Shown here piece by piece: positions 36,225 through 46,977 of a stretch of DNA of 64,000 bases. The position numbers and the translations under genes were made by a program. How positions within the stretch are numbered: the first letter of the stretch is position 1; the number at the start of each line of letters is the position of its first letter. The notes beneath the pieces are model-generated. The model made no database searches and was not told the DNA's origin. It was given only the letters and a program-made list of their open reading frames with translations. The DNA comes from Candidatus Wolfebacteria bacterium GW2011_GWA1_44_24 (GTDB taxonomy: Bacteria > Patescibacteriota > Minisyncoccia > UBA6257 > UBA9933): positions 172,710-236,709 of the forward strand of contig LCIO01000001.1 of NCBI GenBank assembly GCA_001001115.1. Reading direction: 5' to 3'.

Positions 36225-38384
36225 TTACATCTCCGTCGCTTGGCCGGTTTTCAAAGATTCCGCTACTTTGAAAATTGTTGAATGGACGTCGCTTATCTCT
36301 TGAAGGGTGAATGGGGACGGCTTTCCGTTCCTAATCGCGTCGATAAAAATTTCCAATTCATTGGTATACCCCTTGTCTTGATGCCATAATCCGATATTCT
36401 CCGTTTTATCGGAATAAAATAACTTACCTCCCTTAAAATTATCAATTACCATCGATTTGCCGCCTCCGTAAATTTCGATATATTCTTTGGGCAAACGAAA
36501 ACTCCCCAAAGCGCTGTAAAATATCACGGCCAAAGAATTATTTTCATACTCAATATTAACAATAATATTTTCATCGTGAGCAACTTCTTTCCCAACCGGC
36601 ACGGCGCTCGTGTAAATCCGCCGCGGCCTGGAACCGATTAGAAACTGAAAAGCGTCTATAAAATGGCAATCCTCTCCGATTATCCTGCCACCTTCTTTCA
36701 AATCATAACTCCAATGATTTTTTTCCGAAAAAGGATAATTAACCCTGTACATTATCATCATCGGGGCGGCGGAACTGAATTCTTTTTTGGCTTTTATAAA
36801 ATGTTTGGAGAAACGGCGGTTAAACCCCACAAAAAGCCTGCCGCCGGATTTCTTCGCCGCTTCCATCACTTCTTTCAATTCGCTTTTGTCCAAAGCAACC
36901 GGTTTTTCAACATAAATATTCTTGTTGGCCGACAACGCTTCCTTAATTATCTTTGAGTGAGAACTGTGCCGCGTAGCGCAAATTATCAAATCAATATTTT
37001 TGTCGTTGATTATTCTATGATAATCGTTGGTAATGTACTCCGACCCCCATTTCCCGCCGATTTCTTTCGCTTTTTGACCAGTTGAATTGCAAACGGCGTA
37101 AAGCCTGACATTTTTATCTTTCACTTCTTTCAAGTGGGGTAGAATTGTCGAGGTCGCAAAAGATCCCAGACCGATAATGCCGATATTGATGGTTCTGCCG
37201 ACAGCCGCGCTTTTTATTTCGCCCGTCTTTTCTATTTTTAAAAAATCGGTTTTCTTTTCTTTTTTCGGATAAGAAAGGAGGATTCCGTAAAGAAGCCCTT
37301 TGGGAGCGGCGATTAATTCATAGGCCTTCTCCGCTTCTTCAATCGGAAAAACTCCGCTGATCAAATCACCTATCCTGATGCGCTTATCGGCGACAAGTCT
37401 TAAAAATTCTTCCATATTGCGCTTTTCTGTCCATCTCACATAACCAAAAGGATAATCTTTTCCGCCTTCCTCATAATCCGGGTCATATCTGCCGGGCCCG
37501 TAAGAACAGGAAGCGCGATAATCCAATTCTTTTTTATAAAAATCGCGCCACGGGATATTGGTCAAAATATTGCCTATTTGGACAATCCGTCCTTTGTCTC
37601 TACAAATATCAACCGCCAGTTTTAACGGCGCATCGTCTTTGCTTGCCGCATAAATCAGAGCCGCGTCAACACCTTTCCCGTCGGTAAATTTTTCAATCGC
37701 GTTTTTATAATCGTCTTCGTTCAAATTTATCGCCAAATCGGTTCCACTTCCCTTGGCAAATTCGATTTTCTTCGAATCAATATCAATGACAACTACCGAA
37801 TGGCCGTATGCCTTAAGTATCCGCGCCGCCAATTGTCCCAAAAGACCCAATCCAACTACCGCCACCTTCTCTCCGGCGGAAAGTTCGGCTCTTCTTATCC
37901 CCTGCATCGCGATAGCGCCCAAAGTAACGAAAGCCGCTTCTTCATCTGAAACATTTTTTGATATTTTTACGCATAAATTTTTTGGAACGTATATAATTTC
38001 CGCATGCGACGCGTAATTTTGCCCGGCGCAAGCCACCCTGTCGCCGGTTTTGAATTCTTCGACATTATTGCCGACTTCGATAATTTCGCCGCTTGAACTA
38101 TATCCCAAAGCAATATCGCTTTCCAATTTTGATTTTGCCACTTGCCAAGCCGCCATAATTCCCTTGGTCTTAGCCAGCATAAAAAATTTCTGGACATAAT
38201 CCGGACGCTCTTTGGCTTTTTGAACCAAGCCCTTTTTGGACAATTCAATAATTCCCCGTTCCGTGCCAGGACTGATCAAAGAAAAATTGTTTTTTACCAA
38301 AACACCACCGCTTTTTAAGGTCGGCGATGTTATTTCCTCTATTTTGGTTTTGCCGCTTTTAGGATTTTGAAAAACCTGTTTCAT
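36225..38384 (-). CDS. Bi-domain oxidoreductase (N-terminal zinc-type MDR alcohol dehydrogenase + C-terminal Gfo/Idh/MocA domain)
   Basis: 719 aa. The MDR part has GDRVACAG and a Rossmann GLGLLGQ. The C-terminal half has INIGIIGLGSFA and the EKP motif (YVEKPVAL) of Gfo/Idh/MocA. Confidence 0.8.
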   Translation of the reverse strand: MKQVFQNPKSGKTKIEEITSPTLKSGGVLVKNNFSLISPGTERGIIELSKKGLVQKAKERPDYVQKFFMLAKTKGIMAAWQVAKSKLESDIALGYSSSGEIIEVGNNVEEFKTGDRVACAGQNYASHAEIIYVPKNLCVKISKNVSDEEAAFVTLGAIAMQGIRRAELSAGEKVAVVGLGLLGQLAARILKAYGHSVVVIDIDSKKIEFAKGSGTDLAINLNEDDYKNAIEKFTDGKGVDAALIYAASKDDAPLKLAVDICRDKGRIVQIGNILTNIPWRDFYKKELDYRASCSYGPGRYDPDYEEGGKDYPFGYVRWTEKRNMEEFLRLVADKRIRIGDLISGVFPIEEAEKAYELIAAPKGLLYGILLSYPKKEKKTDFLKIEKTGEIKSAAVGRTINIGIIGLGSFATSTILPHLKEVKDKNVRLYAVCNSTGQKAKEIGGKWGSEYITNDYHRIINDKNIDLIICATRHSSHSKIIKEALSANKNIYVEKPVALDKSELKEVMEAAKKSGGRLFVGFNRRFSKHFIKAKKEFSSAAPMMIMYRVNYPFSEKNHWSYDLKEGGRIIGEDCHFIDAFQFLIGSRPRRIYTSAVPVGKEVAHDENIIVNIEYENNSLAVIFYSALGSFRLPKEYIEIYGGGKSMVIDNFKGGKLFYSDKTENIGLWHQDKGYTNELEIFIDAIRNGKPSPFTLQEISDVHSTIFKVAESLKTGQATEM

Positions 38385-38456
38385 AGTTTTAATAATATCT
38401 TAAACAATATAACTATAAATGTAGCCGACATTTTCATAAAAAACAATGACTATAAT

Positions 38457-39227
38457 TTATTTTTCTCCGGTAATAACCTTAAAAAAACCCAATATCGAAG
38501 GAATGAAATAAGCGACAAATTTGGGCCAATAATGATTATGGCTTATTCTGATGTCGTATGGCGTGACAATGTTTTTGACTTCGATATTGCGAAAATCCTT
38601 AAAGAACAAGCGCGCTTCTTTATCAGTAATCGCTTTCGTTCCCGGACTTTCATGGTGTTCGTAAAAAAGACGGTTTAAAGAAATAAAAGGGTTCAATCTC
38701 AATAATCCGTAAAAAAAATATAATTGCAAACCGACCAGCGAATAACGATTATACAGCATAACGCAAAAAGAACCGCCGGGTTTCAAAACGCGATAAACTT
38801 CGTTTATGGCTTTCACCATATCGGGCGTATGATGAAGCACTCCCCAAGAATAAATAAAATCAAAAGCGTTGTCCGGAAAAGGCAAGGCTTCGGCGTCGGC
38901 AAGTTGAAGGTTGGGTCTTAAATCGTTAAATTCAAAATTCTTTTTTGCCAACTCCAAAGAATTAAGCGAAGCGTCTATCCCCGTATAATAAGCTCCGGAC
39001 CTTGCAAATTCAACTCCGTCAGTACCGACGCCGCAGCCGATTTCCAGAACTTTTTTCCCTTTCAATTTATTAAAACCGGCTATTTCCCCGATGAAAGGTT
39101 CAAGCCGATATCTTCTTTTTTTAATATTGTCAAAATAATCGCGATCGACATTTTCCGGTATAATCCCGAAGGTTCCGCAAGGCTTTTTATTCCAAAAATC
39201 ACGGATTCTATCTTTGAATTTATCCAT
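38457..39227 (-). CDS. Class I SAM-dependent methyltransferase
   Basis: 256 aa with motif I VLEIGCGVGTDG and post-I/II regions (FDFIYSWGVLHH, LKPGG). Confidence 0.85.
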   Translation of the reverse strand: MDKFKDRIRDFWNKKPCGTFGIIPENVDRDYFDNIKKRRYRLEPFIGEIAGFNKLKGKKVLEIGCGVGTDGVEFARSGAYYTGIDASLNSLELAKKNFEFNDLRPNLQLADAEALPFPDNAFDFIYSWGVLHHTPDMVKAINEVYRVLKPGGSFCVMLYNRYSLVGLQLYFFYGLLRLNPFISLNRLFYEHHESPGTKAITDKEARLFFKDFRNIEVKNIVTPYDIRISHNHYWPKFVAYFIPSILGFFKVITGEK

Positions 39228-40044
39228 GTTTTATCTTTTTCATCGCTTCATATTCTTTGGCGTCCGTTAAAAATTGATGCCAATATCCCTGTAAAAAATG
39301 AAATATCAGCCCTTCTTTGCCGTCTAAAAATCCAAAGCGAAAAAAATATCGATAAATAAAATAAAGAAAAGCTCTTAAAAAAAGAGGTAGCCGCAAATAT
39401 AAATTTTGTTTAATCCAGCGCTTGCGACCCGCCTGCCCTTCTATTCCAACAAATTCGCTTTTTAACCGCTCTCTGGCCTCTCTTGTTGAAAAATCATTAT
39501 GTTTGGCAATCCAAGATTCTAAATTCTTTTTATTATCATCTATAAAATCATTTTTTAATTTTTCGGCGCTTCCTTCCAATAAAATAATGTGCTCATCCAT
39601 TTCTCTTTGTTCCGAACACGCCTTTCCTTTTCTGAACAATCTTAACAGCCAAGTCGGATAATAGCCGCCGTGTTTCATCCATCGCCCCATAAAATAAACG
39701 CGACGTTTAATAAAATAACCATTTACTTCCGTAGAAGAGGAAATTTCTTTTTTAATTTCCTCTTTTAATTCTTCCGTCAAATATTCATCCGCGTCCAGCC
39801 GCAAAATCCACTCATTTTTAATATCGAGATTGTCTATCGCCCAGTTAAACTGCTGGGCCTGATTTTCAAAAAGATGCTGAACGACTTTCGCGCCGTATTG
39901 TCCGGCGATTTCCAGGGTTTTATCGATTGAAAAAGAATCAACGACGAAAATTTCGCCAGTCCAATCGGCAATGTTTTTCAAGCAATTTTCAAGATTTAAT
40001 TCTTCGTTGTAAGTTAAAATTATGACGCTAAGCGAAATTCTCAT
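39220..40044 (-). CDS. Glycosyltransferase family 2
   Basis: 274 aa. LSVIILTYNEELNL, VVDSFSIDKT and the DxD-like RLDADE. Confidence 0.85.
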   Translation of the reverse strand: MRISLSVIILTYNEELNLENCLKNIADWTGEIFVVDSFSIDKTLEIAGQYGAKVVQHLFENQAQQFNWAIDNLDIKNEWILRLDADEYLTEELKEEIKKEISSSTEVNGYFIKRRVYFMGRWMKHGGYYPTWLLRLFRKGKACSEQREMDEHIILLEGSAEKLKNDFIDDNKKNLESWIAKHNDFSTREARERLKSEFVGIEGQAGRKRWIKQNLYLRLPLFLRAFLYFIYRYFFRFGFLDGKEGLIFHFLQGYWHQFLTDAKEYEAMKKIKHG

Positions 40045-40053
40045 ATGATTATT

Positions 40054-41016
40054 TTACCCAATTTTCTTAAGATACCAATTATAAGCTGTTTGAACGATTA
40101 TTTTCAAATCGGAATGTTTTGGCTCAAATCCAAATGTTTTTTTGATTAAGGCGTTGTCCGCCACCAGTATCGCAGCGTCGCCTTTGCGTCTTTCTTGTTT
40201 TTTTATTTTTATTTTTTTGCCGGAAATTTTTTCAACCATTAATATGATTTCTTTGTTGGAATATCCCTTGCCGGTCCCGACATTATAAGCCGGAAAAAAA
40301 ATTTTGTTTTCCCGCAACGCTTTCAACGCCAAAATATGGGCTTCCGCCAAATCTAAAACATGAATGTAATCGCGGACGCAAGTTCCGTCAATGGTCGGAT
40401 AATCCGTTCCGAAAAGCGAAAATTCTTTTCCCTTAACGGCGCTTTCAATCGCCAAAGGGATAATATGAGTTTCCGGTAAATGGGCCTCTCCCAGACCGGT
40501 ATCCGGCATGGCGCCAGCGGCATTAAAATAACGGAGGGAAATAGATTTTATTTTTTGCCGCTTTAATATCTTTTCAACCGTTAATTTAGTTTCTCCGTAA
40601 GGGCTGGGCGGCGAACATTTAGAATTTTCAGAAATAGGCATTATTCCCGCATCGCCGTAAATGCCAGCGCTCGACGAAAAAACCAAATTATCGGAACCGC
40701 TTGATGCCATGCCTTCCAAAACATTCATCGCGGACCCAATATTATTCTTATAATATAATTCCGGTTTTTCAATCGATTCGCCCGTTGAAATATATCCGGC
40801 AAAATGAATAACCCCGTCAAAACTCCTGGAAAAAACTTTACCGATGAATTTTTTATCCAAAAGGTCTCCTTTTAAAAATTCCGCCCTTGGATCAACGGCC
40901 CATTCATTTCCTCTTTCCAAGCTGTCCGCAACCGTTATTTCATAACCCGAATCAATAAGGTATTTCGCCGCAATAGAACCGATATAGCCCGCTCCGCCGG
41001 TAATTAAAATCTTCAT
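40054..41016 (-). CDS. galE: UDP-glucose 4-epimerase
   Basis: 320 aa. MKILITGGAGYIGS plus the SDR catalytic SPYGETK. Confidence 0.85.
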   Translation of the reverse strand: MKILITGGAGYIGSIAAKYLIDSGYEITVADSLERGNEWAVDPRAEFLKGDLLDKKFIGKVFSRSFDGVIHFAGYISTGESIEKPELYYKNNIGSAMNVLEGMASSGSDNLVFSSSAGIYGDAGIMPISENSKCSPPSPYGETKLTVEKILKRQKIKSISLRYFNAAGAMPDTGLGEAHLPETHIIPLAIESAVKGKEFSLFGTDYPTIDGTCVRDYIHVLDLAEAHILALKALRENKIFFPAYNVGTGKGYSNKEIILMVEKISGKKIKIKKQERRKGDAAILVADNALIKKTFGFEPKHSDLKIIVQTAYNWYLKKIG

Positions 41017-41023
41017 GGCGATA

Positions 41024-42586
41024 TTATTTCGGCTTTACAAGCTTTTTATTTAATTTATGGATAATCTTATGGTGGATTTCTTTTACTTTTCTTATCTCAA
41101 GCGTTGATTCGGTGGAAAACGGAATAATTTCATAATCGCCGGCGCTTCTCTGTTCTTTGATAAAAATGTCATCCGGCAGATGAATAGCTCCGGATTTTTT
41201 CAGGATTAATTTATAAATCGGCCAGATTAATCTTACTTTTCTGTGCTCGGCCTTCGCCAAATCAGCTTGATGGAATAGAACCATAAACGGCACCTTTGAG
41301 AAAAATTTGAAAATTAAAGCCGCCAACGAACCGTAAGTGGCCCTTATTGACCAAGCCAGGGGAAATTTATGGCTTTTATGCAATTTCATGGCCTTAAACG
41401 GACCGATCAGAGCCAACAAATATTTGTCTAAATTGCCGCCAATCCCGACCCGATAGATTGTAAAATTTTCACCCTGATGAATTTTCGGCAAATCGCTTCT
41501 GAATTTACCGGCAATGATATGAAAATGAAAATTCGGCATTTCTCTCACCAAATCTTTGACATTTTTTTCAAGATTCCCCTCAATCGGGTCGTCATAAACA
41601 GTCGAAAAAACAAGAATATTGGTTTTATTTTTTACTCTCTCTTTAAAGTATTCAATCGTTTTCTTTAACCCCGTTTCAAAATCAACTCTCGGCCGCCAGT
41701 TTAATTTTTCTTTGGCCAATGAAATATCGGGCCGTCTCTTCTGGGGATCGTTGGTGACCTCCGGCAAATATATGATTTTTGAGCCGGAACCGGTTAATTT
41801 AATTATCATCTGGGCCAATTTTTTAATCGTCATTTCATTCGGATTGCCGAGATTAATCGGACCCCCGAAATCGCTGTTTTCCATCATCGCCGCCATTCCC
41901 GCTATTAAATCGTCAATATACATAAAACTTCTCGTTTGGTTGCCTCTCCCATAGATGGTGATGTCTTCGTTTTTTAAGGCCTGAATGATGAAATTGGAAA
42001 TCACCCGGCCGTCGTCCAAAGCCATTTTGGGGCCATAAGTGTTAAAAATTCTGACTATTCTGATATTAACGTTAAATTCGCGGGCATAATCGGAAAATAG
42101 CGTTTCAGCCGCTCTTTTCCCTTCGTCATAACACGACCTGGGGCCGGTCGGGTCAATGTTGCCGCAATAAGTTTCTTTTTGGGGATGCTCCAGCGGATCG
42201 CCGTAAATTTCCGATGTCGACGCTTGCATAATTTTAGCGCCGTTTGTCCTGGCCAACTCAAGCATATTTACGGCGCCCAAAACATTGGTTTTAATCGTAT
42301 AAACCGGATCGAATTGATAGCTGATAGGCGAAGCCGGACAAGCTAAATTGTATATTTCATCAACCTCCAGGAAAAACGGATTGATAATGTCGTGTTCGAT
42401 GAATTTAAAATTCGGATGGCTCAACAAATGCCGAATATTATCTTTTGAACCGCTGTAAAAATTATCGACGCAGGTCACTTTATTCCCCCTTGTCAAAAGA
42501 TAGTCGCAAAGATGCGACCCGATAAAACCGGCTCCTCCGGTAACAAGAATTTTTTTGTTTTTTTCTTTTGATTTCATAATTTTCAT
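41024..42586 (-). CDS. UDP-glucuronate decarboxylase (UDP-xylose synthase) fused to a ~200-aa GT-B N-terminal-half-like domain
   Basis: Residues 1-~320 read [31 protein letters not shown] and so on (UXS/SDR). Residues ~325-520 ([20 protein letters not shown]...[10 protein letters not shown]...IYRVG...KYLLA...) resemble only the acceptor-side half of a GT4 enzyme. Confidence 0.7.
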   Translation of the reverse strand: MKIMKSKEKNKKILVTGGAGFIGSHLCDYLLTRGNKVTCVDNFYSGSKDNIRHLLSHPNFKFIEHDIINPFFLEVDEIYNLACPASPISYQFDPVYTIKTNVLGAVNMLELARTNGAKIMQASTSEIYGDPLEHPQKETYCGNIDPTGPRSCYDEGKRAAETLFSDYAREFNVNIRIVRIFNTYGPKMALDDGRVISNFIIQALKNEDITIYGRGNQTRSFMYIDDLIAGMAAMMENSDFGGPINLGNPNEMTIKKLAQMIIKLTGSGSKIIYLPEVTNDPQKRRPDISLAKEKLNWRPRVDFETGLKKTIEYFKERVKNKTNILVFSTVYDDPIEGNLEKNVKDLVREMPNFHFHIIAGKFRSDLPKIHQGENFTIYRVGIGGNLDKYLLALIGPFKAMKLHKSHKFPLAWSIRATYGSLAALIFKFFSKVPFMVLFHQADLAKAEHRKVRLIWPIYKLILKKSGAIHLPDDIFIKEQRSAGDYEIIPFSTESTLEIRKVKEIHHKIIHKLNKKLVKPK

Positions 42587-43974
42587 CTCCCATATTTGTC
42601 ATTGATCCGCACAATATCGTCTTCTCCCAGATAATCGCCGCTTTGCGTTTCAATCAGTTCCAACGGTTCATCGCCCGGATTTTCCAATTGATGCTTTCCC
42701 CCAACCGGAATGTCAAAACTCTGATGAGTTTCTAAAAAAAATACTTTCCCGTCCAGCAATATTTTGGCGGTTCCCCGCAGCACGACCCAGTGTTCCGATC
42801 TTTTATTGTGGTATTGCAAGCTTAATTTTTCTTTCGGCTTGACGGAAACTTTTTTGACTTTGAATTTTTCTCCTTCTTCTATTACCGTAAAAAACCCCCA
42901 AGGCCGATGAACGGTCGGATGCTCAAAATACTGGGACAGATTATTGGCTTTTATCTGTTCCAAAATATTCTTTATTTCGCCGCTTTTTTCTCTATGGGCA
43001 ACCAAAACCGCGTCTTCGGTGTCAACCACTATCAAATCTTTCAGTCCGACCGCCGCCACAATTCTTCTTTGAGTTCCGTAAATCAAACATTTTTGGCAAT
43101 CGACGCCGAAAATATTTTCACCGATAACGTTTTGGTTGGAATCTTTAGGAAGCAAACCGTAAAGAGATTTCCAGGAACCGACATCTTGCCACTTAAAATT
43201 AGCCGAAATGGCTTTTATTTTTTTTGATTTTTCCAAAACGCCGCTATCAACAGAAATCGAATCAATTGATTTATAAAAACCGGGAAATTTCAACGCTCGA
43301 TAAACTTTGGGAAGGTGCTTCTTAACCTCTTTAAGAAAAACCTCCGCCTTCCAGACAAATATGCCGCTATTCCAAAAATACCCCTCTTTTATGAACCGTT
43401 CGGCTGTTTTCTCATCCGGCTTTTCGGTGAATTTTTCGACTGTTTGAATTTTAGATTTGGATTTCCTGTCTGTTTTGAGATATCCGTATTCCGCGCTGGG
43501 ACCAACTGGCTTTATCCCGAATACCACCAAAAATCCTTCCTTTGCCGGCTTCAGCGATTCCTTAATTGTTTCAATGAATTTTTTATCCGGCTTTATCAAG
43601 TGGTCTGCCGGACACACTGCCATAATCGCTTTTCTATTTTCTTTGAAAACCCGGCTGGCCGCCAAAGCGATTGCCGGCGCCGTGCTCTTTTGCGCCGATT
43701 CTATTATGAAATTTTCCTTTTTAAACCCGAATTCTTTCAATTGGATGTAAATGTCGTCCGCCAGGGGAGCATTGGTAACGACGTAAATTTTTGACGGTTT
43801 TATAATTTTTTTCAGCCGCAAAAACGTCTGTTGAATCAATGTTTTATCGCCGAAAAGTTTAAGCAATTGTTTGGGATAAAATTTGCGGCTTACGGGCCAA
43901 AGCCGCGCGCCGGACCCGCCGCCCAAAATCACGCCGTATAAATTTTTAATTGCCGATTCGTTTTGTTTCGCCAT
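42583..43974 (-). CDS. manC: Mannose-1-phosphate guanylyltransferase / mannose-6-phosphate isomerase
   Basis: 463 aa. The N-terminal NTP-transferase region is [15 protein letters not shown]. The C-terminal cupin is RPWGFF...[15 protein letters not shown]. Confidence 0.9.
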   Translation of the reverse strand: MAKQNESAIKNLYGVILGGGSGARLWPVSRKFYPKQLLKLFGDKTLIQQTFLRLKKIIKPSKIYVVTNAPLADDIYIQLKEFGFKKENFIIESAQKSTAPAIALAASRVFKENRKAIMAVCPADHLIKPDKKFIETIKESLKPAKEGFLVVFGIKPVGPSAEYGYLKTDRKSKSKIQTVEKFTEKPDEKTAERFIKEGYFWNSGIFVWKAEVFLKEVKKHLPKVYRALKFPGFYKSIDSISVDSGVLEKSKKIKAISANFKWQDVGSWKSLYGLLPKDSNQNVIGENIFGVDCQKCLIYGTQRRIVAAVGLKDLIVVDTEDAVLVAHREKSGEIKNILEQIKANNLSQYFEHPTVHRPWGFFTVIEEGEKFKVKKVSVKPKEKLSLQYHNKRSEHWVVLRGTAKILLDGKVFFLETHQSFDIPVGGKHQLENPGDEPLELIETQSGDYLGEDDIVRINDKYGR

Positions 43975-45178
43975 TTTGATGATTTGCGATTGTTTTATTA
44001 TACTCTTCCAAAAATCTCTTTGCCACCTTATCGCCGGAAAACTCGTTTTTTACCAGTTTTTTGCCTTGTTCCCCCATTTTTTCCGCCAATTCCGGATTTT
44101 CCAAAATTTCCAAAATTGCTTCCGCAACCTGATTAACATTTTTCTCGACGACCAAACCCGCGCCGCTTGTTTCCACTTCCCCCGAAATACCGACTCCTTT
44201 TGTGACCACGACCGGCAGGCCGAAGCTCATCGCTTCAATCACCGCCATCCCGAAATTTTCCGAATAAGACGGCAAAACAAAAACATCGCTTTCCCGCAAA
44301 GCCGCGATTTTATCTTCGCCCAACAACATGCCGGTAAAAATTACTCTGCCGTCGTTTTTCTCATTTTCGCGCAATTTCGCGTCTCGCAGCATCTCTTCAA
44401 CTTCTTTTTTGTAATTTCCGTCATCCGGCCCCGCCAAAACCAAAACCGCATTCGGCTTTTTTTTAACAACTTCCACGAAAGCCGGAATTAAAGTGTCCAA
44501 TCCTTTTTTCCAATTCAAGCGGCTTAAAAAAAGAATTATTTTCCCGCCCAAAGCGATTTTATTTTTTTTTCTGAAATCAATTTTTTCCTCGTTGTCATCC
44601 GCGCCAACGGCGCTGTCGCCCAAACTATTGGGAATAATAATCGCTTTTCTCATCGGCAAACCGGCTTCCAGATATTCTTTTTTTTCCGTTTCAACGGTGA
44701 AATGGAGCGCGTCGGCGCCGGCTAAATTTCTTCTTTCAATCAAAAAAATATAAATTTTTTTGAGCAAAGAGTTTTTTTTGCCAAGCGGCTCTCTCATTAA
44801 ACTGCCATGCGGAGAAATTATATGCGGCTTGCCGAATTTTCTGGCGTAATAAGTTCCCAAAGCTGAAGCGGACAAAAAAACGGAAGTAATATGGACCAAG
44901 TCAAATTTTTTGATGTTTTTCGCCAAAGCGCGATGCATCGCGAAAGAATATTGCCACGGCCGAAAAGTGACGGAAAAATAAAAAACTTTAACGCCATCAA
45001 TAACGACTTCCCGGTTAAGCGGGACATCCAGAGTTTTGTCGCCGTCAATATTAATAGTGTAAACAACCACTTCAATGCCGTTTTTCGCCAATTCCTTATT
45101 CAAAGCGTGCGTCGGTATAATCGGCCCGCTCGCGAATATGGCCGGCAAATAACTTGGAATAACGTGAAGAATTTTCAT
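43946..45178 (-). CDS. Glycosyltransferase family 4
   Basis: 410 aa. MKILHVIPSY, and LPSYSENFGMAVIEAMSFGLPVV carrying the EX7E motif. Confidence 0.88.
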   Translation of the reverse strand: MKILHVIPSYLPAIFASGPIIPTHALNKELAKNGIEVVVYTINIDGDKTLDVPLNREVVIDGVKVFYFSVTFRPWQYSFAMHRALAKNIKKFDLVHITSVFLSASALGTYYARKFGKPHIISPHGSLMREPLGKKNSLLKKIYIFLIERRNLAGADALHFTVETEKKEYLEAGLPMRKAIIIPNSLGDSAVGADDNEEKIDFRKKNKIALGGKIILFLSRLNWKKGLDTLIPAFVEVVKKKPNAVLVLAGPDDGNYKKEVEEMLRDAKLRENEKNDGRVIFTGMLLGEDKIAALRESDVFVLPSYSENFGMAVIEAMSFGLPVVVTKGVGISGEVETSGAGLVVEKNVNQVAEAILEILENPELAEKMGEQGKKLVKNEFSGDKVAKRFLEEYNKTIANHQNGETKRIGN

Positions 45179-46194
45179 ATTCTTTTATTGAATGAAAATA
45201 ATTTCCTATAAAAATTTTGCCCAAAAAAAGACAGGAATAAATTAACGTAATTTTTAAAAATAAAAGGGTTGGCTTTAACGGCTTTAAGAAAAAATTTTCT
45301 TGCCGATCCGGCTTCGCCTCCGACCATATAAAGCATCCCGATTCCCCTTAATCTTTCGCTGTAAAGCCTCGTCATTTTTTCATATAATCCGCGGTATTTT
45401 TCGGTAAAAGAAGAAAAATTTTCCGCCCGCTTTGCGGCTTCTCTCTCGCTTAACCGATCATAGCTCTTGGTAAAATTTCCTCCGTGAGTGTAAGTCCGAT
45501 AAAGCGGCTCGTCTATAAAATAAAAATCATACCCCGCTTGGGCAATCCTGAATATTATATCCGTGTCTTCAAAAGCTCCGATATTTTCATCCCGGGGACC
45601 GATGATTTCGATTGTTTCCCGGGAGAAAAACATCGAACTGTTGTTGCCGCAATAAAATCCGGGATTAGCCAACACATCATGAACGGATTCGTATTTTAAA
45701 AGTTTGAAAACGGAAAAAAGTCCGTCTTTCCCCTTTATATCAACGGCTTTCGGATGTTTTAATCCGATTGCCGGCTTGGCGATTTTGCCGGCGGATTGTC
45801 CCGGCTTTGTTTCGTCTATCTCAAAAGCGTTGCAACTTACGACGCCGAACTTTTCTTTGCCGACCGCATCAACAAGATTCAATTGTCTTTCCAATTTTTG
45901 CGGCAGCCATTCGTCGTCGTGGTCTAAAAAAGCGATATAATCGCCTTTCGATAATCCAACTCCGATATTTTTGGGATGGGCCGGCGCGCCGGAATTTTTG
46001 TCCAAAAATACGCCTGTTATTCTCCCGTCTTTTTTTTCGAATCCTTCAATTATTTCCCCGGTTTTGTCGCTGGAACAATCATCGACGATAATCAATTCGA
46101 ATTCTTTGAAGGTCTGGTTCAAAACGCTCGAAATCGTTCGAGGTAAAAATTTTTCCGCGTTGTACGTCGGTATAATGACTGAAATTTTTGGCAT
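45175..46194 (-). CDS. Glycosyltransferase family 2
   Basis: 339 aa. ISVIIPTYNAEKFL, IIVDDCSSDKT and FLDHDDEW. Confidence 0.88.
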   Translation of the reverse strand: MPKISVIIPTYNAEKFLPRTISSVLNQTFKEFELIIVDDCSSDKTGEIIEGFEKKDGRITGVFLDKNSGAPAHPKNIGVGLSKGDYIAFLDHDDEWLPQKLERQLNLVDAVGKEKFGVVSCNAFEIDETKPGQSAGKIAKPAIGLKHPKAVDIKGKDGLFSVFKLLKYESVHDVLANPGFYCGNNSSMFFSRETIEIIGPRDENIGAFEDTDIIFRIAQAGYDFYFIDEPLYRTYTHGGNFTKSYDRLSEREAAKRAENFSSFTEKYRGLYEKMTRLYSERLRGIGMLYMVGGEAGSARKFFLKAVKANPFIFKNYVNLFLSFFGQNFYRKLFSFNKRI

Positions 46195-46200
46195 ATTGTT

Positions 46201-46977
46201 TCATTTATAGATAATTCCGATGCCTCCCCAGTCCTGATTTTTATCGTTAATTATCTCAAGATATTTGAAATTATTTTTAATCTCGTTCCATAGTTTATCC
46301 ACCCCGCAATTCGCTTCCGGCGGATGAACGGCGATGTCGTGGAAAGCGATTATTCCTCCGCTTCCGACAAGGGGACCGTACATTTCAAAATCTTTTTTCA
46401 CTCCGCCGTAAGTATGGTCGCCGTCGATAAAAAGAACATCGATCTGCCTATTATTCAAAATCTTTTTCACCTCCTCAACGGTTGACGATTGATGAGAATC
46501 GGCTTTCAAAAGATGGATTTTTTGCCTGCCGGAAGCGAAAGCCGAATAAAGGCGCGTCCTCCAACCGGGATATTTGTTGTCGCTACTCGGCAAATCTACG
46601 CTGATTACGACGGCGTTTTCATGCGCGCTTTTCGCCAATAAAAATAAAACTCCGCCGCGAGCGGTGCCTATTTCCAAAACAACCCGGGGTTTTTCTCTTT
46701 TCCCGATTAAAGACACAAATTGAGAAATTTCTTCTTTTATCTGCAGAGGCGCGATAATTCCCCAGAAACCGTTAAAAACAAATTCCAATGTTTCTTCATT
46801 ACTCCTAAATGAAGCCTTTTTCACTTTCATTAAAACCAACGGGGAAATTATATAGAAAATGGAGGGTTTTAACAAAAAAAACAATTTTTCCGCAAGTTTG
46901 GAGAAAAAATAAAACAATCCCTTCTCTCCGATGATATTCCCGGCTTTTTTAATTTTTCCGACTACTTCGAGTTTCAT
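46201..46977 (-). CDS. Class I SAM-dependent methyltransferase (Methyltransf_24/CmcI-like)
   Basis: 258 aa. VLEIGTARGG, VISVDL, VLFIDGDHTYGGVKKDF and GGIIAFHDI. Confidence 0.75.
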   Translation of the reverse strand: MKLEVVGKIKKAGNIIGEKGLFYFFSKLAEKLFFLLKPSIFYIISPLVLMKVKKASFRSNEETLEFVFNGFWGIIAPLQIKEEISQFVSLIGKREKPRVVLEIGTARGGVLFLLAKSAHENAVVISVDLPSSDNKYPGWRTRLYSAFASGRQKIHLLKADSHQSSTVEEVKKILNNRQIDVLFIDGDHTYGGVKKDFEMYGPLVGSGGIIAFHDIAVHPPEANCGVDKLWNEIKNNFKYLEIINDKNQDWGGIGIIYK

